A DNA stretch of 64,000 bases from Alphaproteobacteria bacterium. Its GTDB lineage: Bacteria > Pseudomonadota > Alphaproteobacteria > Bin95. Made by a program: the position numbers and the translations under genes. Each line of letters opens with the position of its first letter. Position 1 is the first letter of the stretch. Under the pieces are notes generated by a model. It did not search any database. It was not told the DNA's origin and worked only from the letters and a program-made list of their open reading frames with translations. Of this stretch, positions 14,310 to 23,775 are shown piece after piece. The stretch is from assembly GCA_965205265.1 (NCBI GenBank), contig CBDBGH010000003.1, positions 2,912,001 through 2,976,000 of the forward strand, in the 5' to 3' direction.

Positions 14310-15110
14310 TAATACGTTCATAAAATTCTGTTCTGATTCCTGAATATATATTGACAACTTGAAAATATATGCTATAACGGACTACAAGAAAGAAGCGGCA
14401 TCCGCGGGTCCGCTTCGTTTTCGCCGTTCGCGCCGGCGCGAAAAAAGCCCCCGATTCGGCCAATGGGCGAAGTGCACCCTGCGTCCGTCTCGCGCACGCG
14501 GGCGCGCCCGGGCAATCAGGCGCGCGAACCGCGCCGCCGCGAAACGCGCGCCCACGGGCGCGGGCGCCGGCGCGCAGGATACGCGCGAATTAGGGTTCCG
14601 CCGCTCCGGCAAGCCGGGCGGCAGGAAGGACGGAACGAAATGGAACGAAACGGTATGGTGGAACGGCATGCAGGATGCGGAGGGACAGGGCCGGCGGCCG
14701 TGCGGCCCGAAAAGCCCTTGCCGGATCGAGAGAGGGCCCACCCCGGCTCTCCCTTGGCCAAGCGAAGGAGGGGGAGTCGCGGAAGGACCGGCCTCATGCC
14801 CGAACGGGCAATTGCTTATGCGTCATACGCATGCAAAACATGACATCCCATGACACGCTGCAAACTCCCGGCGTCGTCCCGGACGGCGCGGAGCGTCGAT
14901 CCGGGACCTCGTGCAACAGGGCGATCCTTCGTCCGGAGACCCGGCTCGGCGCTGGCGCGCCGTCCCCCGCTTTCGCGAGGGCAAGCCGGGATGACGCAAG
15001 AGGGGTGCGGGCTTCCGGCTGCAAGACAACGCCGCGAAATCCCGCCCCATGCCCGAAAGGGCTGTCGCCTATGCATCGCCCGCATGGAGATCATGACATC
15101 GCATGACAGG
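14310..15110 (+). repeat. unannotated intergenic element, copy 1 (candidate ncRNA / mini-ORF cassette)
   Basis: Collinear homology to the reverse complement of 27061-27580; core 14495-14605 matches 95/111 nt ungapped; boundaries approximate. Confidence 0.8.
14351..14378 (+). promoter_or_regulatory. sigma70-type promoter heading repeat element copy 1
   Basis: TTGACA-16 nt-TATAAC with extended -10 TG, in an AT-rich patch. Confidence 0.75.
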
Positions 15111-15261
15111 CCCGGCATGTCCCGGCATCCGGCTGCGCGCTCGTCCGTTTCGGGCCGCGACTGGCCGTATCCGGCAGACATATCGACGGATAACCGTTGT
15201 TCCCCGATGCGTCCGTTATCCGTTATCGTAATGCCTATTCGATCCTAGGCCGGAGAGAACG

Positions 15262-16371
15262 ATGCCGCAGGACACAGCAGGCCCCGGCGGACACGCCGAA
15301 AGGCCGAAATGGTTCGGTTATCTGCAACTTGCCGTCATTCTCGGCGCGATCGCCGTTGCGCTCTATTTCGCCCGGGCTCCGGAGCGGGTCGAGCGCATCG
15401 ACAGGTCGGCGCTGGAGACGCAGGAAAGGCGGCCTGTCGTCAGCGTCGTCCGGCCGACGCCCACGGAGCAGGCGCTGACGCTTCGCCTGACCGGCTCCGT
15501 CGTGCTGAAGGAAAAGGCGACGGTGGTATCGGAGGTCGTCGGGCGCGTCGTCTGGGTCTCGCCGAAATTCGAGCCGGGCGGGTCTATAGAGGCCAATGAG
15601 GTGTTCATCCGGATCGACCCCGAGGAATACGAACTCAGGGTTGAAGAAGCGAGGCTGGCAGTAGCGGAACTCGAACATGACATGAGCGGGAAGGAAGCCC
15701 GGGGCGAAGACGCGGCGGGCCTGGCCCTGAAGCTGGAAAAGGCGCGCGTGGCGCTTCGGCTGGCGGAGTTGCAGCTTCGCAGGACGAACATTTCCTTTCC
15801 CTTCGATGCCCGCGTGATTTCATCGAGCGTCGAGGTCGGCGAGCTTGCCGGCCCGGCGGAGACGGTCGGCAAGACCGCATCGCTGGGCCGCGTCTATCGG
15901 CCCGGCTCCATCCGCGTGGCGGCCCCGATCGAGCAGCGGGACCTCAGGCATCTCGCCCCGGTGGTCGGGCGGACCGCCGAAGTCCGCACCAGGACGGGCA
16001 TCTTCAGGGCGAAAGTCGCAGCCGTCTCCTCCGTCGTGGCGGCCAAAAGCCGGCTCGCCTCGCTTTTCCTCAATTTTTCGGACGACCTGCCTGCCAGTTC
16101 CCTGCCTCTCCCCCGCACCTTCGCCGAGATCGTCATTGCCGGGCCGGAACACAGCGGCGTCTATGTGTTGCCGGACGCGGCCGCGCAGGCCAGCGACCGG
16201 GTCTGGGTCGTCAGGAACGGCGCGCTCAACTCGGTCGAGCCGCGGATTCTGGGCAGGATCGACGGCGGATGGGTGGTGGAAGCCTTCGATGCGGGCGACG
16301 GCGTCGTTCTCGGCACCCTGCCGGGAGCCCGCGAGGGCCTTGCCGTGACCGCCGCGAAACCGCAGGCATAG
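15262..16371 (+). CDS. RND periplasmic adaptor (MFP)
   Basis: N-terminal TM, SEVVGRVVWVS, ISFPFDARV; precedes RND permease. Confidence 0.88.
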   Translation: MPQDTAGPGGHAERPKWFGYLQLAVILGAIAVALYFARAPERVERIDRSALETQERRPVVSVVRPTPTEQALTLRLTGSVVLKEKATVVSEVVGRVVWVSPKFEPGGSIEANEVFIRIDPEEYELRVEEARLAVAELEHDMSGKEARGEDAAGLALKLEKARVALRLAELQLRRTNISFPFDARVISSSVEVGELAGPAETVGKTASLGRVYRPGSIRVAAPIEQRDLRHLAPVVGRTAEVRTRTGIFRAKVAAVSSVVAAKSRLASLFLNFSDDLPASSLPLPRTFAEIVIAGPEHSGVYVLPDAAAQASDRVWVVRNGALNSVEPRILGRIDGGWVVEAFDAGDGVVLGTLPGAREGLAVTAAKPQA

Positions 16372-16381
16372 GGGGCGCGGC

Positions 16382-19300
16382 ATGAGCAACAACGACGCGG
16401 GCGGAGGCGCCGGCAGGACCGGAACGCCTGCGCCGCGCGGCCCGATCGCCTAGTTTGCGGCGAACCCCGTCGCCGCCAATCTTCTGATGGTCTTCCTGAT
16501 CGCCGCCGGTGCGATCGCCGGCTCGCAGCTCGTGGTCCAGAACTACCCGGAATTCGACGCGCGCCGTATTGCCGTCAAGATCCCGTCGCCCGGCGCATCG
16601 CCGAGGGAAGTGCAGGAGGACGTGGTCCGCCGGGTCGAGGAAGCGATTGTCGGCATATCCGGCGTCAGCCGGGTGGTCAGCACGGCGAAGGAAGGCCTCG
16701 GCCTGATCGACGTGGAACTCGAGACCTTTGCCGATGACGAGGCGGTCCTGACCGATGTCGAAAGCGCCATCGACACCATAGAGAACTTTCCGCCTCCGAC
16801 CGCGGAACGGCCGAAGGTCTCCCTTCTCAGATGGCGGAACGATGTCGTGACGGTTGCGGTTTCGTCCGCCTCGGCGACGGAAGCGGGCCTTCGGCTCGCG
16901 GCGGAGAATTTGCGCGACTCGCTGCTGGCCCTGCCCAAGGTCTCCCATATCGAGTTCCAGGGCGGGCGCGACCGGGAGATCGCGATAGAGCTGAGCGAGG
17001 AGGACCTGCGGCGAAACCGGCTCCAGATAGCCGACATCAGGCGGGCGATCCGGCGCGCTTCGCTCAATCTGACCTTCGGAGAGTTGCGGACCGATGCAGG
17101 CGGCGTCGTGCTCCAGGTCGTGGCGAAGCGGAAATACAGCAGGGAATTCAAGGACATACCGCTTATCACCCGACTCGATGGAACGGTGGTGACGCTGGGC
17201 GATGTCGCCAGGATTCGCGATGGATTCGTCGATGAAAATGTCCTGACCGAGCTTGACGGCACGCCGGCCGTATTTCTGCGGATAAGCGCCACGGGCAGGC
17301 AATCGACCAAGGAGGTCCGGAACATTGTCGTCGGGTTTCTCGAGAGCTACAGCCCGCCCGGGCATGTTTCGGTCGAAGTCTGGGACGACAAGGTCGATCT
17401 GACGGTCGAGCGGCTGACGCTGATTCTGGGGAACGCCGTGATCGGCGCGGTCCTGGTGTTCATCTGCCTGGTCGCGGTGTTCGACCTTCGGCTGGCGTTC
17501 TGGACCGCCTTCGGCATTCCCCTGGCCTTTGTCGGATCGCTGATTTTCTTCACGCCGGCCGACCTGACGCTGAACATGGGCACCCTGTTCGCGTTCTTCC
17601 TGATGGTCGGCATCGTGGTGGACGACGCCGTTGTCGTGGGCGAGAGCATCGCGACGGAAAGGAGCCGCGGCGGGACGGCGCTCGGCGCTGCGATTGCCGG
17701 GGCGCGGGCCGTTGCAGGGCCGCTGGTTGTCGGCGCGGCCACCACGATGATCGCGCTGGTCCCCCTGCTGTTCATCAACGAAGGCACCTGGCAGATGGTC
17801 CGGGTCATCCCCTGGGTGGCGCTGTTCGTGCTGGCGGTCTCGCTGGTGGAGGCGTTCTTCATCCTGCCGGCGCATCTCTCGCATGACAGGCCCTGGAGCG
17901 CGCCGCCGCTGAGCGGCTGGCAAGGGGCGGTGCGCGGCTGGCTCGACGGCGTTCGCGACAGCGTGGTGGCCGCCACCGTTTCCTGGTCGGTGCGCCATGT
18001 CTGGACGGCGCTCGGCATCGGCATCCTCATTGTGGTCTGCGCGGTGCTGCTTCTGCGCTACCACGAGGTGCGGGTCCTGTTCGCGGAGGCGCGGGCGAGC
18101 GTTTCCAACACGGTGCAGGTGGAGCTGCGCCTGCCGGCCGGCTCGCCCTTCGAGGCGACGCTTGCCGCCGCCGAGCGTTTCAGGGATGCCGCCGAGGGCG
18201 TGAACGAGGACCTGGAAGGCACGTCGGTCAAGTCGGTCAGCATCGCGGTCGGCAAGATCCTGTCCACCCGGCCCGGTGACGCCGAACTGTCGGGCGACCA
18301 CCTGGCGACAGTAAGGGTCCACCTTTACCGCCGCCCGGTCCGCATAGCGCAGCCGAGCGAGGTGGAACGCGCCTTGCGGGCCCGCGTCGGCGACGTTTCG
18401 AGCCTCGAACATGTGGAATATGTGACCAGCAGGAGCAAGCTCAGGCCGAATCTCGCCTATTCGATACGCCATGACGACCCGGAGGTGCTGCAGGACGCAG
18501 CGCGGAAACTGCGTTCCGCCCTCGCCTCGATACACGGCGTTTACGGGGTTTACGACAATCTCTCGCCCGGCAAGCGGCAGCTCGAGATAGAACTGACGCC
18601 GGCCGGCAAGGCGGCCGGGCTGTCGCCGGCGCTGCTGGGCGCGCAATTGCGTGCCCGGCTTCACGGCGCCGAAGCGCAGCGCATCCAGCGCGGCCGCGAG
18701 GAAATCGAGGTCGTTGTCAGATATCCCGCGGAACGCCGCCGCAGCCTGAAGGAACTGGCCGGGATGCGCATAGACCGGCCCGGCGGGGGCGAGGTGCCGC
18801 TCTCCCTGGTCGCAACGCTCACCGAAAGGCAGGAACTGGCCGAGCTGACGCGGATCGACGGCAAGCCGGCCGTCATCGTGGAGGCGAAGGCGGACGCCGC
18901 GGTCATCACGCCGATCCAGGCCCGCCGGCTGATAGAGGAAGGCGTCGCGCAGGAGCTGCGCGCCGCGCATCCCGGCATCGCGGTAGAGCGGGACGGCGGG
19001 GCGCGGAACGAGCGGCGGGTGATGGAAACGCTGGCCATGCTGGTGCCGCTTGCGCTGATCGCGATGTATGCGGTCATGGCGGCGTTCCTGCGCAGCTACT
19101 GGAAGCCGCTGGTCGCCGCGGCAGGAATCCCGGCCGCCTTCGCCGGCGCGGTGCTGATGCATTGGATACTCGGCTGGGACTTCAGCTTCATGTCGGTGTT
19201 CGGGATCGTCGCCGTGTCGGGCGTGGTCGTGAACGATGCGCTGGTGCTGCTCGACCGCTACAACATCATCCGCCGGGAGAACGACGCCCTGCCGGCGATC

Positions 19301-19522
19301 GCCGCCGCGGCGGCCGCCACGCGCCACCGCTTCCGCGCCGTGCTGCTCACCAGCCTGACGACGGTGCTGGGCCTCTCGCCCCTGCTCTACGAGCGCAGCG
19401 ACGCCCTGCTCTTCCTGGTGCCGTTCGTCGCCAGCATGTTGGGCGGGCTCGTGCTGGCGGGCATGTTCGTCCTGTTCCTCCTGCCGGCGATGGTGATGAT
19501 CGCCGACGGCAGGCACGAATAG
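16382..19522 (+). pseudogene. RND efflux permease with in-frame TAG at codon 24
   Basis: ATG 16382 reads ...GPIA*FAANPVAANLLMV in frame with ORF 16487-19522 (GIVVDDAVVVGE, VVVNDALVL). Confidence 0.7.
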
Positions 19523-19609
19523 GCCGGCCGACGGCGAAACGCGGTTTGACAGCCGGCGGGCCGGGCCCTAGTTTGCCCGCCGTTCCAGTTTGCAGCGGAG
19601 GCGCATGCG

Positions 19610-19777
19610 ATGGCCAAGCCGGCAACCGTCATGGTGAAGCTCGTCAGCACGGCCGACACGGGCTATTTCTACGTCACCAAGAAGAACCCGCGGACCAAGA
19701 CCGAGAAACTCGAGATCCGCAAATTCGACCCCATCGCGCGCAAGCATGTCGTCTTCAAGGAACAGAAGATGAAATAG
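19610..19777 (+). CDS. rpmG: 50S ribosomal protein L33 (Zn-free type)
   Basis: Missed by ORF track; [55 protein letters not shown]. Confidence 0.97.
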   Translation: MAKPATVMVKLVSTADTGYFYVTKKNPRTKTEKLEIRKFDPIARKHVVFKEQKMK

Positions 19778-19832
19778 CGGCGGCAGCCGCTTCGCCTGCT
19801 GCGGGCGCGGGCCGGCTATCGGACGGGATTTC

Positions 19833-21002
19833 ATGGAAACCGGCGAGGTCGCGGCCGTTTGCCGGAATTGCGGCCGTCCCGCCGCCGCCCCTGTTCCGAC
19901 ACGCTGCCCGTCCTGCCGTTCCCCCCGCTTCGCCGCCCATCCCGAGATCGCCCGCGTGGGCATCGCGCATCTCGACTGCGACGCCTTCTACGCCGCCATC
20001 GAGAAGCGGGACGACCCGGACCTCGCCGACCGCCCGGTGGTGATCGGCGGCGGGCGGCGCGGCGTCGTCGCCGCCGCCTGCTATGTCGCGCGGCGTTTCG
20101 GCGTGCGCTCGGCCATGGCCATGTACAAGGCGCTCGAAGCCTGCCCCCATGCGGTCGTGCTGAGGCCCGACATGGCGAAATACCGCAAGGTGGGGCGCGA
20201 GGTTCGGGGCCTGATGCGCGAAGCCACGCCGCTGGTCGAGCCGATCTCCATCGACGAGGCGTTTCTGGACCTCGGCGCGCATGCCCTGCCGGCCGCTGCC
20301 GCCGTCCGCCTTGTCCGGCGGATCGAGGACGAGATCGGCATCACGGTCTCGGTCGGACTCGCCGCCAACAAGTTCCTCGCCAAGATCGCCTCGGACCTCG
20401 ACAAGCCGCGCGGCTTCGCCGTGATCGGTCCCGAGGAAGCGCCGGCGTTCCTGGCGGCGAAGCCGGTCACGATCATCCCGGGCGTCGGCGCCGCGATGGC
20501 CCGGCGGCTCCGGGCCGAGGGCGTGCTCGCGGTCGCCGACCTGCGCCGCTGGACGGAAGCGGAGATGACGGCCCGGTTCGGCACGTTCGGGCGCCGCCTC
20601 TACTCGTTCGCCCGCTGCCGCGACGACCGGCCCGTCCAGCCGGTGAGCGAGACCCGCAGCATTTCCGCCGAAACCACCTTCGAGAACGACCGCAGCGGCT
20701 ATGACGACCTCGCCCGCGCCCTGCCGCCGCTGGCCCGGACCGTCGCGACCCGCCTCGACACCGCCGGCCTTGCCGCCGGCTCCGTCGTGCTGAAGCTCAA
20801 GACGGCAGACTTCCGCACCCATACCCGCAGCCATGCGCTCGCCTTCGCCACCCAGCGCGCGGACCGCCTGCTGGAAGAGGCGGAGCGGCTACTCCGGCCC
20901 GAAGCGGACGGCCGCGCCTTCCGCCTGATCGGGCTCGGCGCGGCCGACCTCGCGCCGCCGGATGCCGCCGACCCGCCGGAACTCTTCGCCGGCGCACGCT
21001 GA
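19833..21002 (+). CDS. dinB: DNA polymerase IV
   Basis: HLDCDAFYA, SIDEAFLD, NKFLAKIASD; N-terminal CxxC...CxxC. Confidence 0.95.
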   Translation: METGEVAAVCRNCGRPAAAPVPTRCPSCRSPRFAAHPEIARVGIAHLDCDAFYAAIEKRDDPDLADRPVVIGGGRRGVVAAACYVARRFGVRSAMAMYKALEACPHAVVLRPDMAKYRKVGREVRGLMREATPLVEPISIDEAFLDLGAHALPAAAAVRLVRRIEDEIGITVSVGLAANKFLAKIASDLDKPRGFAVIGPEEAPAFLAAKPVTIIPGVGAAMARRLRAEGVLAVADLRRWTEAEMTARFGTFGRRLYSFARCRDDRPVQPVSETRSISAETTFENDRSGYDDLARALPPLARTVATRLDTAGLAAGSVVLKLKTADFRTHTRSHALAFATQRADRLLEEAERLLRPEADGRAFRLIGLGAADLAPPDAADPPELFAGAR

Positions 21003-21101
21003 TGGCGAATTGCGCCTTCCGGGCAACGGCCTTGCCGTCCGCGCCCATCCGGTGTTCCCTTGCCCGAAACCGACGATGACAAGGGAAGGGAACCCCGACC
21101 G

Positions 21102-21869
21102 ATGGACCTGCGTCTGGCCGGAAAGACCGTGCTTATCACCGGCGCCTCGAAAGGCATCGGGCTCGCCTGCGCCGAACTCTTCGCGGAGGAAGGCTGCGAC
21201 CTGCATCTGGTGGCGCGCACCGTCGCCGACCTCGAACGGGCGCGCGACGCCATCCGCGGCCGGCACAATGTCGCCGTCACGATCCATCCGCTCGACCTTT
21301 CCGACGGCGGCAATGTCAAGCGCCTGGTCGCGGAGACCGGCGAGGGGCTGGACATCGTCGTCAACAATGCAGGCGCCATTCCCGGCGGCCCGATCCACAT
21401 GATCGACGAGGAGCGCTGGCGCGAGGCCTGGGACCTCAAGGTGTTCGGCTACATCAACATGTGCCGGGAGCTCTATCCGGTCTTCCAGGCGAAGGGAGCG
21501 GGCGTGATCGTCAATGTCGTGGGCACCGGCGGCGAGCGGCCGAGCGCGGGCTATATCGCGGGCGCAGGGGGCAATGCCGGCCTCATCGCGTTTACCCGCG
21601 CGCTCGGCGGCAAGAGCCCCGATGACGGTTTTCGCATTGTCGGCGTCAATCCGGGCCCGATCCTGACCGAGCGCCTGACCACCATCATGCGCGCGCAGGC
21701 GCTGGACAGGTTCGGCGACGAGGAGCGCTGGGAAGAATGCATGCCGACCGCCCCGCCGCCGGGCGAGCCGGAGGACTGCGCCGACCTCGTGGTCTTCCTC
21801 GCCTCGGAGCGAGCGAAGCATATTTCCGGTACTGTCGTCACCATCGACGGCGGCGCCGTCTCCCGCTAG
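21102..21869 (+). CDS. SDR family oxidoreductase
   Basis: TGASKGIG, VVNNAG, TIDGG. Confidence 0.92.
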   Translation: MDLRLAGKTVLITGASKGIGLACAELFAEEGCDLHLVARTVADLERARDAIRGRHNVAVTIHPLDLSDGGNVKRLVAETGEGLDIVVNNAGAIPGGPIHMIDEERWREAWDLKVFGYINMCRELYPVFQAKGAGVIVNVVGTGGERPSAGYIAGAGGNAGLIAFTRALGGKSPDDGFRIVGVNPGPILTERLTTIMRAQALDRFGDEERWEECMPTAPPPGEPEDCADLVVFLASERAKHISGTVVTIDGGAVSR

Positions 21870-21884
21870 GAGCCCCATGACGCC

Positions 21885-22499
21885 ATGAGCAGCACTCTCG
21901 AGTTCTTCTTCGACGTCTCCAGTCCCTGGACCTATCTCGCCTTCCACCGTATCGAGGATTTTTGCGCCGAGCTCGGGCTGGACCTTGTCTGGAAGCCGTT
22001 CCTGGTGGGCGGCGTGTTCAACAAGGTCAATCCGAGCGTCTATCAGCGCCGCGAGAACCCCGTCCCGCCCAAGGACGCCTATTATCGCAAGGACATGGAC
22101 GACTGGGCGCGCTACGAGGGCATCGTCATCGGCAAGCCGACGGTCTTCCCGGTCAACTCGGTCAAGGCCATGCGCGGCTGCTTCCACGCCATCGAAGAAG
22201 GCCGGGTGTCCGCCTTCGCGCGCGGCTGCTTCGAGGCCTATTGGCGCGACGACCGCGATATCGGCCAGGAGGACGTGCTGGCGGAAGTCGTGGAATCCTC
22301 CGGACTCGACAAGCAGCGCTTCTTCGCCGCCATCGCCGATCCGGGGATCAAGCAAAAGCTGTTCGACACGACCGACGAGCTGATCGAGCGGGGCGGTTTC
22401 GGCTCGCCCACTTTCTTCCTCGACGGCGACGACATGTATTTCGGCAATGACCGCTTGGAGCTGATCCGCGCGGCAGTGGAAAGGAAACGCAATGGCTGA
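21885..22499 (+). CDS. 2-hydroxychromene-2-carboxylate isomerase / kappa-GST family
   Basis: FFFDVSSPWTY, GGFGSPTFF, FGNDRL. Confidence 0.9.
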   Translation: MSSTLEFFFDVSSPWTYLAFHRIEDFCAELGLDLVWKPFLVGGVFNKVNPSVYQRRENPVPPKDAYYRKDMDDWARYEGIVIGKPTVFPVNSVKAMRGCFHAIEEGRVSAFARGCFEAYWRDDRDIGQEDVLAEVVESSGLDKQRFFAAIADPGIKQKLFDTTDELIERGGFGSPTFFLDGDDMYFGNDRLELIRAAVERKRNG

Positions 22500-23775
22500 A
22501 CCTCTGGTCACCGCCGAGGAAACGGCGCTGCGCGAGACCGCGCGCCGCGTGCTGCCCGCCGGCAGCTTCGGCAATGTGCCGTTCGAGACCGTCATCCGCT
22601 CCGGGCAAGGCAGCCATGTCTGGGATGTCTCGGGCAATGAATATATCGACTACCTGCTCGGCTCCGGGCCGATGCTGGCGGGGCACTGCCATCCGGAGGT
22701 CGTCGAGGCGGTAATGGAGCAGGTCGGGCGCGGCACGACCTTCTTCGCCAACAACGAGCACGGCATCCGGCTTGCCGAGGCCGTGATCGAGCGCGTCGCC
22801 TGCGCTGAAAAGGTGCGCTTCGTCTCCAGCGGCACGGAAGCCACGTTCTACGCCATGCGGATCGCGCGCGCCTTTCGCGGCCGCGACAAGATCCTGAAAT
22901 TCGAGGGCGGCTTCCACGGCATGAACGACTATGCGCTCATGTCGATGGCGCCGAAGCGGCCCGGCAACTTCCCGCAGGCGGCGCCGGACAGCGCCGGCAT
23001 TCCCGCAGCCGTTCGCGACGAGGTGCTGATCGCGCCTTTCAACGACGCCGAAACGGCCGTGCAGCTTATCCGCGACCATGCCGACGAACTGGCCGCCGCC
23101 ATCGTCGAGCCGTTCCAGCGGCTGATCCCGCCGAAGCCCGGCTTCCTCGAAGCGCTCCGCGAGGTCACGGAGGAAACCGGCGTCGTGCTGATCTTCGACG
23201 AGGTGGTGACCGGCTTCCGGTTCGCGCGGGGCGGGGCGCAGGAGCGCTACGGCGTCACGCCCGACATGTGCTCGCTCGGCAAGGTGGTGGGCGGCGGCTA
23301 TCCGCTGGCGGCCGTCGCCGGGCGCGACGACATCATGGCGCATTTCGACGCCGGGCGCGTGGACGGCGACCGCTTTGCGCAGCAGATCGGCACGCTCAGC
23401 GGCAATCCGGTCGCGGCCGTCGCCGGCCTCAAGACGCTGGAGGTCCTGGGCCGGCCCGGGGTCTATGAGCGCCACGAGCAGATCGGCCGGGCCCTGATCG
23501 ACGGGCTGGGAACGCTGCTCGAGGAGAGCGGCCACGAGGGGCAGGTGCTGGGCTCGCCGCCCATGTTCGATGTCATCTTCGCCGGCGGCGAGGTCGCCGA
23601 CTACCGCGCCACCATGCGCGCCGACGCGGCCAGGACCAAGGCCTTCAACGCCGGGCTGCGCGCCAGGGGCATCTTCAAGGGCGAGAGCAAATTCTACCTC
23701 TCGGTGGTGCACAGCGACGAGGACATCGCCAACACGCTCGACGCCGCGCGCGAGTCGCTCAAGGAGCTGTCCTGA
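22492..23775 (+). CDS. class III aminotransferase (GSA-aminomutase-like)
   Basis: [30 protein letters not shown]. Confidence 0.9.
   Translation: MAEPLVTAEETALRETARRVLPAGSFGNVPFETVIRSGQGSHVWDVSGNEYIDYLLGSGPMLAGHCHPEVVEAVMEQVGRGTTFFANNEHGIRLAEAVIERVACAEKVRFVSSGTEATFYAMRIARAFRGRDKILKFEGGFHGMNDYALMSMAPKRPGNFPQAAPDSAGIPAAVRDEVLIAPFNDAETAVQLIRDHADELAAAIVEPFQRLIPPKPGFLEALREVTEETGVVLIFDEVVTGFRFARGGAQERYGVTPDMCSLGKVVGGGYPLAAVAGRDDIMAHFDAGRVDGDRFAQQIGTLSGNPVAAVAGLKTLEVLGRPGVYERHEQIGRALIDGLGTLLEESGHEGQVLGSPPMFDVIFAGGEVADYRATMRADAARTKAFNAGLRARGIFKGESKFYLSVVHSDEDIANTLDAARESLKELS

Noticed and set aside
14316-14333. Alphaproteobacterial LexA box upstream of the element promoter
   Set aside because: GTTC repeats are separated by 10 nt rather than 7, and the second is not kept in copy 2
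14310-15110. Duplicated element as RNase P, tmRNA, 6S or a riboswitch
   Set aside because: No hallmark motifs seen (e.g. GAGGAAAGTCC or a tRNA-like end); two diverged copies in unrelated contexts; an Rfam search is still needed
16451-16453. Pyrrolysine or amber recoding
   Set aside because: Many intact genes here end in TAG, no pyl genes are present, and the position is non-catalytic
19162-20043. 293-aa ORF spanning the RND end to dinB
   Set aside because: Alternate frame over the permease, rpmG and dinB
22492-23775. Calling the aminotransferase hemL
   Set aside because: Alphaproteobacteria typically use ALA synthase, and the catabolic context suggests a paralogue; left unnamed
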